Assembly: GCA_040755995.1 (NCBI GenBank) | Contig: JBFMAF010000054.1 | Coordinates: 1 to 64,000 of the forward strand | Origin: Acidobacteriota bacterium | Lineage (GTDB): Bacteria > Acidobacteriota > CAIWXX01 | DNA: 64,000 bases | Reading direction: 5' to 3' | In this document: positions 37,332-47,376 of the stretch, piece by piece | Layout of the letters: every line of letters begins with the position of its first letter | Position numbering within the stretch: the first letter of the stretch is position 1 | Notes under the pieces: generated by a model | Told to the model about the DNA's origin: nothing | The model's database searches: none | The model's input: only the letters and a program-made list of their open reading frames with translations | Position numbers and translations under genes: made by a program

Positions 37332-38075
37332 TCACACCCCCGTGGCCAGGTACCGGATCATCTCGCCCGGATAGTTCGAACCGATTCCGTCGAGCCCCAA
37401 CGGCAGGTACTTCATGAGCTCCTCGGTTGTGTCCACGTTGAATATGCAACACAGCAGGCCGCGATCGTGCGCCATGTCCACCTTCATCTGGTCGATCTGC
37501 GACTTGTGATACAGAATGACGGAGGCGGCGAGGTCGGCGGCCCGGTCGAGAGCGCGGCCGAGCTCGTCGTTGCGCACCAGGAAACCCGTCTTGATCCGAG
37601 GCTTCATCCGCTTCACTCTGTAGAGCGCCAGCGGCTCGAACGAGATCACTGCAACATCATCCAGCAGTTCCTTCCGCTGGACCAGATCAACCACCGCCCG
37701 CTCCAAGTCCTCGCGCTCCTCGAACACCGACTCGCCCTTGATCTCGACCAGCACCTGAGCCTTGTTCTTCAGGAAATCGAGCGCGCTCTCCAGCGAGGGG
37801 ATTCGTTCGTCAACGAACTGGTCGCCGAATCGCGCGGCGAATCCCGCGCTGAACATCCCGAGCTCGCTCGCCGGCATCTCAAGCACGCTCCCGTGCCCGT
37901 CGGTCGTTCGATCGAGGGTCGCATCGTGTATCACGAACGGAACCCCGTCGCAGCTCAGCTGCACATCCAGCTCGATCAATCCACACCCGGCCTCGATGGC
38001 TTTTCGGAAAGACGCGATCGTGTTCTCCGGCGCGATCCCCGAGTATCCTCTGTGCCCAATGATCCTCATGCGCAT
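37332..38075 (-). CDS. Glycerophosphodiester phosphodiesterase
   Basis: IIGHRGYSGIAPENT, IELDVQLSCDG, IHDATLDRTT, EIK. Confidence 0.93.
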   Translation of the reverse strand: MRMRIIGHRGYSGIAPENTIASFRKAIEAGCGLIELDVQLSCDGVPFVIHDATLDRTTDGHGSVLEMPASELGMFSAGFAARFGDQFVDERIPSLESALDFLKNKAQVLVEIKGESVFEEREDLERAVVDLVQRKELLDDVAVISFEPLALYRVKRMKPRIKTGFLVRNDELGRALDRAADLAASVILYHKSQIDQMKVDMAHDRGLLCCIFNVDTTEELMKYLPLGLDGIGSNYPGEMIRYLATGV

Positions 38076-38225
38076 CCTCCCCCGTCTATCATGCTCCTCC
38101 GGCCGGCACTCGTTGTGACCCACCGGTCACGGAGCTACAATACCATATGCAGGTGAGCGCATGAATACTTCCGCGATCTGCCGCAGAATTCCCGCGCCGT
38201 CGCGGCCGACCGCCGGGTAGCCGGC

Positions 38226-39086
38226 ATGATCGAGCCTGCCCCTCGAGCCATCATCAGCGCTTCCCGGAGGACGGACCTTCCGTGCTGCTACCCGGAGTAC
38301 ATCGAGGAGGCTTTAAGCGCGCGCAGCGCCTGCGTCACCGGCTACTACGGCAACAGCTATGTGGTCGATCTCCATCCCGATGCGGTCCACACGGTCGTCT
38401 TCTGGTCGAAGAACTACGAGAACTTCCTCGGGCCCCGCCGGCGCCTGCGCACACTGCTCGACCAGTACCGGCACCTTCACTTCCTGTTCTCCGTGACGGG
38501 CCTCGGAGGCACACGACTGGAGGAGAACAGCCCCGGGTGGCGTGCTGCGCTGAAGCAGATCCCGGCTCTGGCTGAGCTGTCCGGCTCTCCGGAGCGAGTA
38601 ACGCTCCGATTCGACCCGATCCTGTTCTGGAAAGAAGGAGCGGTCGAACGGAGCAACGTCGGTTTTTTCGCCGAGATCGCCGACGATGCGGCCCGTTGCG
38701 GCGTGCGCCGCGTGCTGACGAGCTTCACCCAGTGGTACGGCAAGTCGGTGCGCCGGGCCTCGAAGCATGGCGTCGAGTACATCGATCCACCGATGGAGCA
38801 GAAGGTCGCCGTTGCGCGGGAGCTCTCGGAAGGTGCGGCCCGTCTGGGCCTGGAGCTCTTCATCTGCTCACAGCGGGCGATCGCGGGGGCTGCCGGAGTC
38901 CGCGCCGCAGCCTGCATCGATGCGCAGCTGCTGAGCCGGCTCCACCCGGACGGCCTCCTGGCCGACACCCGCAAAGACCCGGGGCAACGAGCCGATTGCG
39001 GCTGCAGCCGATCTCGCGACATCGGCAGCTACACGCAGGCGTGCGCCAATCGCTGCGTCTACTGCTACGCGAACCCCGCCATGTGA
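38226..39086 (+). CDS. DUF1848-family protein
   Basis: IISASRRTDLP, VFWSKN, RFDPI, QRADCGCSRSRDIGSY, CVYCYAN. Confidence 0.88.
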   Translation: MIEPAPRAIISASRRTDLPCCYPEYIEEALSARSACVTGYYGNSYVVDLHPDAVHTVVFWSKNYENFLGPRRRLRTLLDQYRHLHFLFSVTGLGGTRLEENSPGWRAALKQIPALAELSGSPERVTLRFDPILFWKEGAVERSNVGFFAEIADDAARCGVRRVLTSFTQWYGKSVRRASKHGVEYIDPPMEQKVAVARELSEGAARLGLELFICSQRAIAGAAGVRAAACIDAQLLSRLHPDGLLADTRKDPGQRADCGCSRSRDIGSYTQACANRCVYCYANPAM

Positions 39087-39126
39087 GCCGTGCACCGGCG
39101 CGACGGATCGCATAGAATAAGCCCGC

Positions 39127-39990
39127 ATGAATCGCAAGAAGGCCGCGCGCATCCACCGGCTACGCCAGGTCGGCCCGGCGCAGCCGCCGCTGATCCGCTC
39201 AGAGGAGATCCTCGACCAGCTCTACGACCACCACGGAGGGATGTTCTTCCTGAACGCATTCTCTCGCGACGAGATCTACCGGATACTGGACCGATGCGGG
39301 GTCTCAGAAGGTTTCGTGCGCGCAGGGTTCGCGCAGACCGAGATCTCGATCGACACCTCCGATGCGTTCAAGCACGTGCTACGCGTGCACGCCGCAGGTG
39401 ATGACTCCACCATACTTGCCGAGCTGGTCGCCCGTACCGGCTGCTTTTGCTGGGAGGAGCTTGGCGAGGGATCGGGGTGCCCCGACCTGCTGGTCATCGA
39501 CTGGGTGCTTCTGCAGAACCCACGCGGAGTGTATGACGCGTCGAAGCCGCAGCTGCCGGGACAGAAGCATCCGGGGCTGGGAATCGGGCGCAACACCGTC
39601 GACTTCTTCGTCGAACTGGCACGAGGGCTCAATCTCGAAGGGATTGTCGCACACCCCCAGTACTACCATTCTGCCGTGATCTATTCCAGAACGTTCCGGT
39701 ATGTACATCCCGAGGCCGAGGGGCAATTGGCCGCCCTGCGGCGGGACCTGGGTTCGCTGAGCCTGGCCGAAGCGGCCTGGGCGGTTCACGATGGCAGGGT
39801 CCGGGTCGGACGGCGGAAGTTCAACTGGGTGGCGGAAGAACAGGTCATGCCGTTATCAGACAGGCTGGCCGCGTACTTCGAATCGCCGAAGTACAAGGAC
39901 GCCGTCCAAGAATCCATGAAGAAGCATCGATACTTCCTCAGTACGGAACCTCCACCCCCGGGAACGAAGCGCCGGTCGTTGTTCGAGTGA
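39127..39990 (+). CDS. Hypothetical protein resembling the C-terminal domain of some long histone-deacetylase-family proteins
   Basis: LQNPR..LPGQKHPGLG..GIVAHPQYYHSAVIY..FRYVHPEAEG..LAEAAWAV. Confidence 0.6.
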   Translation: MNRKKAARIHRLRQVGPAQPPLIRSEEILDQLYDHHGGMFFLNAFSRDEIYRILDRCGVSEGFVRAGFAQTEISIDTSDAFKHVLRVHAAGDDSTILAELVARTGCFCWEELGEGSGCPDLLVIDWVLLQNPRGVYDASKPQLPGQKHPGLGIGRNTVDFFVELARGLNLEGIVAHPQYYHSAVIYSRTFRYVHPEAEGQLAALRRDLGSLSLAEAAWAVHDGRVRVGRRKFNWVAEEQVMPLSDRLAAYFESPKYKDAVQESMKKHRYFLSTEPPPPGTKRRSLFE

Positions 39991-40157
39991 CGGTCGCTCA
40001 GAGAAACGACCGGCGTCCGGAAGGCACGTGTCGAGGAAAGACCTCATCCGGATCGGCGATTCAGCGGCGCCCTGGAGGCCAGCGCATCGCGGGGCATACT
40101 ACCAGATCCTGATCTTGTCAACGCAGGTGCCGGCAGGCTGCCCAGGGAAATCCGGGC

Positions 40158-40772
40158 CTACTTCTTTTCCTTCTCCTTCGACGGCTCGGCCGCCACACCC
40201 ATCAAGCGGAAGGGCTCCGACCCGTAGCTCTCGATCTCGATCGTGCCTTCCTTGTTGAAGCCGATCTTCGCCGCCGGGATCATCTTCCCCTCACCCTTGC
40301 CGTTCTTGTCGAAGACGATCTCGAGGACCCCGAACCCATAGTCGACGGTCCTCAGGTTGCGCCAGGCTTCGAAGAACTGGATTGGGCGATCGGTCGCCGC
40401 GCGAATGACACGACCCTTGTCTGTGTCGAGCACCCGGATCACGGCCACCGGGTAGCCTAGACTCGATCCAATCTGTATGAAGCCTTTCTCCTCGGCCTTC
40501 TGCATGGCTGACACCACGGCATCCGGTCCTTTCTCTTTCAGGAGAGCGGCATAGGCCGCGATCTCCTCCACGGTCGAGACACGGTCGATATGGAGACGGA
40601 ACCAGTCCGTCGTCCTCCCGGGGATCGGTCGCATGCCTCCCATGTTGATGACGGTTCCCGTGACATCCTCCGGCTGAAACACCGGTTCGGTCTGAGCGAT
40701 CGCCGTGCACGGCACGATGGCGCAGACAAGCGCCGCAATGCAGCGTGCTACCATTCTTGATGTTTGCTTCAT
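40158..40772 (-). CDS. Secreted hypothetical protein
   Basis: Signal peptide; TDRPIQFFEAW..RTVDYGF..GKGEGKMIPAAKI; GAGGAG RBS. Confidence 0.75.
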   Translation of the reverse strand: MKQTSRMVARCIAALVCAIVPCTAIAQTEPVFQPEDVTGTVINMGGMRPIPGRTTDWFRLHIDRVSTVEEIAAYAALLKEKGPDAVVSAMQKAEEKGFIQIGSSLGYPVAVIRVLDTDKGRVIRAATDRPIQFFEAWRNLRTVDYGFGVLEIVFDKNGKGEGKMIPAAKIGFNKEGTIEIESYGSEPFRLMGVAAEPSKEKEKK

Positions 40773-40910
40773 GATTCCACTCCTCGCGTCTATCTCGTGT
40801 CTACGATGGGCTGTGATCGGCCCTCCTGCTGTAGGCGAACTTTCAGCGAGCGCTCGCTGAGCCACGTGGTCCTGTCGGCCATGACCGCCGCCGGCGGCCG
40901 TTCAGATGCC

Positions 40911-41093
40911 TCAAGTGGATGAGGAGGGACTGCACGCCGGCCCGCGGGTACCGCTGGCGAAGCTCGATGCCACGCGCTCGCTCTGAGCCGCGCCGCACTT
41001 CGGACACGTCACGCCCTCATTGGTGGCTCCGAGCTTCTGCAACAACTCGAAACGCTCCCCGCACGCCTGGCACTCGTACTCATACATCGGCAT
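40911..41093 (-). CDS. FmdB-family zinc ribbon protein
   Basis: [21 protein letters not shown]. Confidence 0.9.
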   Translation of the reverse strand: MPMYEYECQACGERFELLQKLGATNEGVTCPKCGAAQSERVASSFASGTRGPACSPSSST

Positions 41094-41103
41094 GGATCGA
41101 CCC

Positions 41104-41487
41104 TCACAATGAATGATGCATCACGCAGGTGTCGTGGATGCAGACGATACCATTATTTTCACAGAAGTCAATGGCCGCCTTGGACTCGGCGCCGGGCTGC
41201 ATCCACACATAACGGATTCCCAGCTTGTGGCACTCCTCGACCACTTTCTCGGTAACCGATGGATTGACGACGACGTCGACCGCCTCCACCTTCTCCGGCA
41301 ACTCCGAGAGCGAGGGGTAGACCTTCTCGCCCTCAATCGAGTCGAGTGTGGGATGGACTGCGTACACGCGGTAGCCACGGGCAAGGAGGTTCTTGAAGAT
41401 TGCGTAGCCGTACCGATCGCGCTTGTTCGTCGCGCCGACAACGGCGAAGCTGCCTCTGCTGAGGAATTCTCTTATCGCGTCCGACAT
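41104..41487 (-). CDS. CoA-binding protein (YccU-like)
   Basis: [27 protein letters not shown]. Confidence 0.9.
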   Translation of the reverse strand: MSDAIREFLSRGSFAVVGATNKRDRYGYAIFKNLLARGYRVYAVHPTLDSIEGEKVYPSLSELPEKVEAVDVVVNPSVTEKVVEECHKLGIRYVWMQPGAESKAAIDFCENNGIVCIHDTCVMHHSL

Positions 41488-41494
41488 AGCGGGT

Positions 41495-41523
41495 ATTATC
41501 GCAAAGGGCGTGGTGGGTTTCAA
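41495..41523 (-). promoter_or_regulatory. Probable leaderless sigma70 promoter
   Basis: TTGAAA-N17-GATAAT, 7 nt, ATG 41487. Confidence 0.6.
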
Positions 41524-41640
41524 GCAACAGCGCGATGGCGCGATGGCGAGTGCGCACCGCCTGGTCCGCTGGCATCGCCTTCGCCCGCGCTTGACCGCGG
41601 CCGCCCGGCGTCCGTACAATCCCGGCGGAGGGAAAGACAC

Positions 41641-42630
41641 ATGGCGGTTCTAGTCACAGGCGGGGCCGGGTACATCGGGAGCGTCGCGGCTCGCGCGCTC
41701 CTCGCCGCAGGCGAACGCGTCTGCGTTCTCGACGACTACTCAACCGGCCACCGGCCGGTCGCGGCGGTCCTGCCCGACGCGGAATTCGTCGAGGGCGACT
41801 GCGGCGATCCTGCGTGCCTCAGAGACCTGCTGGCGCACCGCAGTGTCGACGCCGTCATGCACTTTGCGGCAAGGACCCTGGTCTCCGAGTCGATGGAGCG
41901 ACCGTTGGACTACGTGAAGTGCAACCTGACCGGAACTCTCACCCTGCTGGACGAGATGATGCGCGCCCGTGTGCCCTACTTCATATTCTCCTCCTCGGCG
42001 GCCACCTTCGGTGTCGCAGAGAGGGTCCCTATCGACGAGACTCACCCGCAGCGGCCGATCAATCCATACGGATGGAGCAAGCGTGCGGTCGAGGAGCTGT
42101 TGCCCTATCTGCAGCGCCTCGGCGGCCCCACCTACATCGGGCTGCGGTACTTCAACGCCGCCGGCGCCAGCAGCGATGCACGCCTCGGAGAGGTGCACGA
42201 CCCTGAGACACACCTGATCCCGAACCTCCTCCGCGCGGCCCTCGACGGCTCCTCCTTCTCCCTCTTCGGCACCGACTACCCGACGCGCGACGGCACGTGC
42301 GAACGCGATTTCATTCACGTCGAAGACCTGGCGGCTGCTCATCTCGACGCCCTCCGCGCCCTCCGCACCTCCGCCGCCTCCGGCTTCTACAACCTTGGCA
42401 ACGGCGACACCTACTCGATACGCGAGGTGATCGCGATTGCACGCGAGGTCACGGGGCGCCCGATCGATGTCCGCGAGCGCCCCAGACGTCCCGGAGACCC
42501 GCCGGTGCTCGTTGCGAGCTCCGAGCGGATCCGGAACGAACTTGACTGGCAGCCGGCCAGGCAGCACGTCCGGACCATCATCGAAGATGCATGGCGGTTC
42601 ATGCGCAGCCACCCGCGCGGGTACGACTGA
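41641..42630 (+). CDS. galE: UDP-glucose 4-epimerase
   Basis: VLVTGGAGYIGS, PYGWSK (YxxxK), LRYFNAAGA, DYPTRDGTCERDFIHV. Confidence 0.95.
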   Translation: MAVLVTGGAGYIGSVAARALLAAGERVCVLDDYSTGHRPVAAVLPDAEFVEGDCGDPACLRDLLAHRSVDAVMHFAARTLVSESMERPLDYVKCNLTGTLTLLDEMMRARVPYFIFSSSAATFGVAERVPIDETHPQRPINPYGWSKRAVEELLPYLQRLGGPTYIGLRYFNAAGASSDARLGEVHDPETHLIPNLLRAALDGSSFSLFGTDYPTRDGTCERDFIHVEDLAAAHLDALRALRTSAASGFYNLGNGDTYSIREVIAIAREVTGRPIDVRERPRRPGDPPVLVASSERIRNELDWQPARQHVRTIIEDAWRFMRSHPRGYD

Positions 42631-42668
42631 GGGGAGGCTGTTGCGGGTTCGGGCGGGGTGCCCACCTG

Positions 42669-42776
42669 CCGGGGAACCGGGGACGGGTAGAAACGGAGAA
42701 CCGGGGAAACCGAGAAGGGGTGACGCGCGAACCGGAGAACCGGGGAAGCGGAGAAACGGAGAACCGGAGAAACGGT
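42669..42776. repeat. Degenerate octamer tandem repeat (GAACCGGA/GAAACGGA/GAACCGGG)
   Basis: About ten imperfect 8-mers between convergent galE and kinase genes. Confidence 0.75.
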
Positions 42777-42796
42777 AGGGCAGGGCAGAACGGAGG

Positions 42797-44686
42797 TCAG
42801 CGGTCCGCCGTGGCCTCCTGCGTCGCGGTCTCTGGAGCCGATGCGACGGGAAGCTCGATTGTGAAACGGGCTCCGAGGCCGGGACCGCGGCTTTCTGCGG
42901 ATATGCGGCCGCCGTGCGCCTCCACGATTCTTCTACAAATGTAGAGTCCCATCCCGCTCCCGGGGATGCTTCGCGTCCGCTTGGCGTCGAGCCGGCCGAA
43001 CTTCTTGAACAGGTAGCGCTTCTGATCCGATTCAAAGCCGATTCCATGATCCTCGACGGAGATGGTGAGCAGCGGTTCGGGCTCGGCATTCCAGCGTGCT
43101 CTGAGGACGACCTTGCCGCCCTCGGGCGAGTACTTGTATGCGTTGTCCAGGAGGTTGTTCATGACCTGGCGGATGCGGAACCTGTCTATCATGAGCAGGG
43201 GAATATCGGACGGTACGTCGAGGAGGAGGGTGCAGGATGCCGGGGGCTTGACGTCGAAATCGTCGAGAGCTTCCGCGATGCGCACCGGCTCGGGCCTGAT
43301 GCTGAGCTCGCCGCTCTCTATCTGCGCCACTGACAGAGATTCGCCGGCGGCCCTCGACACCCCCTCCGCCCGCGCGATCAGGTGTATCAGAGTCTGCTCC
43401 CGCACCTCCGGGCTGAGCCGCCGCTCCCTCTCGTCCACCAGCAGCATGTCCACCAGCCCGACGAGCGCGTTGAGAGGGGACTGAATGTCGTGCGCTACTA
43501 TTTCCAGAAACTCGTTTTTCCCGCGATCCAGGTCGCGGAGCCTCTCGTTGGCGCGGCGCAGGTTCTCGTACAGCTCCGCGTTCGCGACGGCGATAGCGGC
43601 CTGATCGGCAAAGCTCACGAGGAAGTCTGTGTCCTCCTCGCTGAACCTGCGCTCGCCCGAGCGGCGGACGCACAGCAGCACCCCGATAGACCGCGGATGC
43701 TCAGTCACCCGGTCGTACGCGACAATCGGCACGGCCACCCCCGGGATCTCCGGGGCCTCCTCGATCGTCTTGGTGGGGAAGGTCACGGTGGCGCCGTGCT
43801 GGCTGCAGTAGACCGCGATCGGGCGGAGGTCGTCGGTCGAAAAGACGTGCTCCTTCCACCACCCCGCTGCAAGCTCCATCTGCCCCGGCTCCTCGGCCAG
43901 GAAAAGAAAGGCTCCGTCCGCACCAAGCATCGGTCCGACGTACCCAACGATCAGGCTGAGCACTCGATCCAGCGAAAGGTGCGAGTTGATGTTCTGGCCG
44001 ATCGACATCAATGCGGAAGCTTTGAACGCATTCCGGGCGCTCGCCTCGTCGACCGATCCGTGGGCGATCGAGAGGGTTGCCATCTCGGCGATCAGCCCGG
44101 CGGAGAGGACCTGCAGCGGAGTGAACGGGGCGTTCTTGCGGTAACAGACGGCCATGCGGTTGGGGGGCATGGGCAGCACCAACAACGCTGAATACCGGCC
44201 GCGTTCAGCGACGAGACGCAGCGGATTGCCGCGATCGCTCCAACCGTCGACTTCGACCGGTTCGAGGTCGTCGGCGCGGAGCCGGAACGTGCGCGCCCCA
44301 TCGCTCGCCAGCGGTCCGCCGAGGGCCATGAGGGCTGAGAAGAGGTTTAGATGGTACTCGAATGACGGCTCCTCGATGCCGCCCAGCAATCGATCGACTG
44401 AGACGTTCACGTGCTCGGTGGAGGTCCGTGTGAACCAGACAACCGCATCCGCGCGGCACGTCTTCTTCAAGTGGGCACGGGCGAGGCTCTCATACGAGCT
44501 GACGTCGAGCCCGGCCTGGCACGAGTCACGCGCGAAAGCCAGCAGGCGTTCGCCGAGCTCCATCGCGCCCCCTGTCGGCACGGCCGTCTTCGCGTGCATA
44601 TACAAGGCTGCGGTCAGCAGCCCGAGAACCACCGCGAGAAGGCCCAGGACGATCATGCTAGCGACGTGCGGTCTCGCACCAACCAC
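42797..44686 (-). CDS. GAF-containing sensor histidine kinase (start could be 44656)
   Basis: N-terminal TM; AHDIQSPL H-box, NLLDNAYKY, DHGIG, GSGMGL. Confidence 0.9.
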   Translation of the reverse strand: MVGARPHVASMIVLGLLAVVLGLLTAALYMHAKTAVPTGGAMELGERLLAFARDSCQAGLDVSSYESLARAHLKKTCRADAVVWFTRTSTEHVNVSVDRLLGGIEEPSFEYHLNLFSALMALGGPLASDGARTFRLRADDLEPVEVDGWSDRGNPLRLVAERGRYSALLVLPMPPNRMAVCYRKNAPFTPLQVLSAGLIAEMATLSIAHGSVDEASARNAFKASALMSIGQNINSHLSLDRVLSLIVGYVGPMLGADGAFLFLAEEPGQMELAAGWWKEHVFSTDDLRPIAVYCSQHGATVTFPTKTIEEAPEIPGVAVPIVAYDRVTEHPRSIGVLLCVRRSGERRFSEEDTDFLVSFADQAAIAVANAELYENLRRANERLRDLDRGKNEFLEIVAHDIQSPLNALVGLVDMLLVDERERRLSPEVREQTLIHLIARAEGVSRAAGESLSVAQIESGELSIRPEPVRIAEALDDFDVKPPASCTLLLDVPSDIPLLMIDRFRIRQVMNNLLDNAYKYSPEGGKVVLRARWNAEPEPLLTISVEDHGIGFESDQKRYLFKKFGRLDAKRTRSIPGSGMGLYICRRIVEAHGGRISAESRGPGLGARFTIELPVASAPETATQEATADR

Positions 44687-44937
44687 GCTCCTGCCGTGCC
44701 CGTACCCTCACACAATCCCTGGTCGCAATCGGGCACGAACACGCACTCCAACCGGGTGTAGCGACGACGCACCGCTCCGAAAACTTGATTCAATCGCAAC
44801 CTGTTTCTCGCCTCGAGCATTCTGGACAGGGCATTCTCGTCGAGTACGAGCCCGAAATCAAGTCGCGCTGCCGGCGAGTCTGCTAGAGACGGCGCAGTCG
44901 AGTCGAGCCGTGGAGCCGAACGTCATCGGCCTGGATT

Positions 44938-44997
44938 CCGTTCCCGTACCAGTACCCGTTCCCGCCTGCCGCCGCAGCCGGGTACGGGTACGCGTAC
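44938..44997. repeat. Inverted hexamer tandem repeats (CCGTWC / CGGGTA)
   Basis: ccgttc ccgtac cagtac ccgttc ccg then cgggta cgggta cgcgta; can fold back. Confidence 0.6.
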
Positions 44998-45064
44998 CGG
45001 CCTTCGGCCTGCGTACGGGTAGGTTGGGAGCTCCTCGTTCTGAGGCTGCGCGCCCCCAGCACGT

Positions 45065-47236
45065 CTACTCGATGAAGAACGGTATGTTCTCCGCCACCGT
45101 CTTCCCGGCAACACGGTCCGCCGCGCGGAGCCTCACCCAATAGAGCCCCGTGGGAAGCTCCGGAGGCTCCACCTTCACCAGGCACTCCAGGCTGCCATCG
45201 CCCCCGGCTCCGCGCTGTTGCAGCTTGTAGACCGGTGGTTGTTGTGGCTTCCCATCCGAGTCGATGATATCGAGCGCGATGCTGGCATTGGGATTCCTGG
45301 TGTTCGCGTCCAGCTGGAGGTTGTAGAGTTTGAGCAGGAGCACGTGGTCCCCTTCTACGCCCAGGTTCGGATATATCGAAGCCACACATGGTTTCTTCTG
45401 GAACGTCAGCGGGTAGTCGACCGGTATGCCCTTCAGCCGCTTTGGCGGCTTTGACGGATCGAACCCGCGCACGTTCATCCAGTCGGATTTCACGGCAACG
45501 AAGCACGGGGTCGCGAGGTGAAGTTCGGGAGTATTGAAATCAGGCACGGACAGCTGGACGTTGCGTACTCCGATCTCGCCCGTCTTGTTGTTCCGCGCGA
45601 CCACCTTGAGCCTGTAATCTCCGGTGGCGAGCAGTAGCAAGTCGGTGTAGTTCAGGCCGTTCGCTATCACGCGCTCCCGGAGCTCCTCCTTCTTCATCTT
45701 GAAGAGCCCGTGGAAGTAATCCACAATGGCACCCTGCTTATCCATCGCGAACCCATACAGATCGAGCTCGAGATCCTTGGGCGTCGCCGCGAACTGCCTT
45801 CCAGGCATCGCCACCTGAACCATCACGCGCGCGAAGTCACGCCACAGAGGGTCGGTCGAGCCGCTCGGGAAAGCCATGGACTGCACGTTCATCGCAACCT
45901 TCTCGGGCATGCGATCCTTGTTCACGACTTCGGCGATCTGCAGGTCCCGGTCGAGCCTCGAGTAGTCCTGGAACGGTCTGCCCTCGAAGTAGCCTCTTCT
46001 GAAAGAGACGTTGACGTCCGGCCGCGACACCTCGACCTTGATCTTGTGATACCCGCCCTCGGTTTTTACCGGTGGAGCGGAGTAGGCGAGGAGGTAGTAT
46101 TGGCGAGTCTCGGTGACCACCGTGTTCAGCGGATCGGTCAGATCGTTGCGGTTCTTGAAGAACTTGCCGCCGGTCTCGGATGCGAACATCTGGAGCGACG
46201 TCTGCCGGCGGAACGCCGCCATCCGGTCCTGAGTCCCCGGAGACGCGGCGGCCGTGTCCACGGCCGCTGCCAGGCCGCTCGGGTCCACGCAGTAGATCCG
46301 GCAGTCGGATGAGGCGAAATTGCCCGTGGCCCTGTAAAGCGCGTTGATCAGCGTGTCCTCCTGTTCGCGGGCCGAAGGATCGAGTCCGATGAAGCTGCCG
46401 TGAATCATGCGCTCGATGTCCTCCGCCGCTTCATCCAACGTCTGGCCTCCAAGTGCCCGCGCGTCGAATCCTGACGAAAAGAAGATCACGTATTTCCGAC
46501 CCGTGAGGACATCGAGAGAGCGCGCGAAATCGCCGACAGCCTTCAGATAGTCGCGCACGAACGCACGGTACGCGAGAGTGTCCTGCTTCTTCAATGCGGA
46601 CTCTACAACCAACTGGTGCTCGACGGCCATCTGCATCTGGTCATTCGTGGTCGTCCCGGTGACCTGCTCGCCCGCGATCGCCTGCTCCGGAGCGATCGGA
46701 GCGGCGACGAGTCCGGCCGAGTCAGCCAGAAACTCATGCCCTCTGGTCAGGCCGATGCCGGAGACGGCGTCGACGAGCTGAGAGCGATCGGAGGTGAAAT
46801 TCATGAGGATCTGCGTGCCCGAGTTCAGCGAGTACGAGAACACCGCGACCAGATCATCCGGAGAAATCTGGTGTTCGACAAACTCCAGCGCGGCGTCGCG
46901 CGCACGTCTCAGGCCGCCCAGATCGGTGAACGTAAGGTCGAAGAACAGCACAAAGTGGCGCCGACTCTCGACGTGGATGGCCCCTGCGGTCGCCGGTCGC
47001 GGCGCCGCCCCCATGAGCTGAACGAACACCAGCTCCTGCTTCTTGCCGTCCTCGTAGGCAGTGAACTCCTCGGGCTTCAGATTCGTCACCGGTTCGCCGG
47101 AAGCGTCCGTGACGAACACGGGAACCTCGACAATCGCGACGCCGGCTTCCTCTTGCAGCGGCTCCTGCGCCCTACCAGCCGAGGCCACGATTCCCAGGCA
47201 CAGCACCGGAATTGAGCAGACGAGTACGTTCCGCAT
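45065..47236 (-). CDS. Secreted acidobacterial-type VWA-domain protein
   Basis: VEVPVFVTDASGEPVTNL..F..EDGKKQ, LFFD, GRKYVIFFSSG, ASETGG, YYLLAY, RRGY. Confidence 0.87.
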   Translation of the reverse strand: MRNVLVCSIPVLCLGIVASAGRAQEPLQEEAGVAIVEVPVFVTDASGEPVTNLKPEEFTAYEDGKKQELVFVQLMGAAPRPATAGAIHVESRRHFVLFFDLTFTDLGGLRRARDAALEFVEHQISPDDLVAVFSYSLNSGTQILMNFTSDRSQLVDAVSGIGLTRGHEFLADSAGLVAAPIAPEQAIAGEQVTGTTTNDQMQMAVEHQLVVESALKKQDTLAYRAFVRDYLKAVGDFARSLDVLTGRKYVIFFSSGFDARALGGQTLDEAAEDIERMIHGSFIGLDPSAREQEDTLINALYRATGNFASSDCRIYCVDPSGLAAAVDTAAASPGTQDRMAAFRRQTSLQMFASETGGKFFKNRNDLTDPLNTVVTETRQYYLLAYSAPPVKTEGGYHKIKVEVSRPDVNVSFRRGYFEGRPFQDYSRLDRDLQIAEVVNKDRMPEKVAMNVQSMAFPSGSTDPLWRDFARVMVQVAMPGRQFAATPKDLELDLYGFAMDKQGAIVDYFHGLFKMKKEELRERVIANGLNYTDLLLLATGDYRLKVVARNNKTGEIGVRNVQLSVPDFNTPELHLATPCFVAVKSDWMNVRGFDPSKPPKRLKGIPVDYPLTFQKKPCVASIYPNLGVEGDHVLLLKLYNLQLDANTRNPNASIALDIIDSDGKPQQPPVYKLQQRGAGGDGSLECLVKVEPPELPTGLYWVRLRAADRVAGKTVAENIPFFIE

Positions 47237-47376
47237 CTTCAATACCTCCCCTGTTTCGCATGCCCGACCCTTGTCCAAGTCTAGCGCATCACGATGCCGA
47301 TTTGAAGGTCGCTGCGGTGAATCCCGGGTGAGGAGCTCAAGGACTCCCATCGATCCGTTCACCGAGAGCGTGCTTC

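Noticed and set aside
41113..41640. 176-aa N-terminal extension on the galE ORF, suggesting a fusion
   Set aside because: It is the antisense of the CoA-binding gene; galE has its own -10 and RBS before ATG 41641. The same applies to the extensions at 1720, 24538, 47536 and 55008
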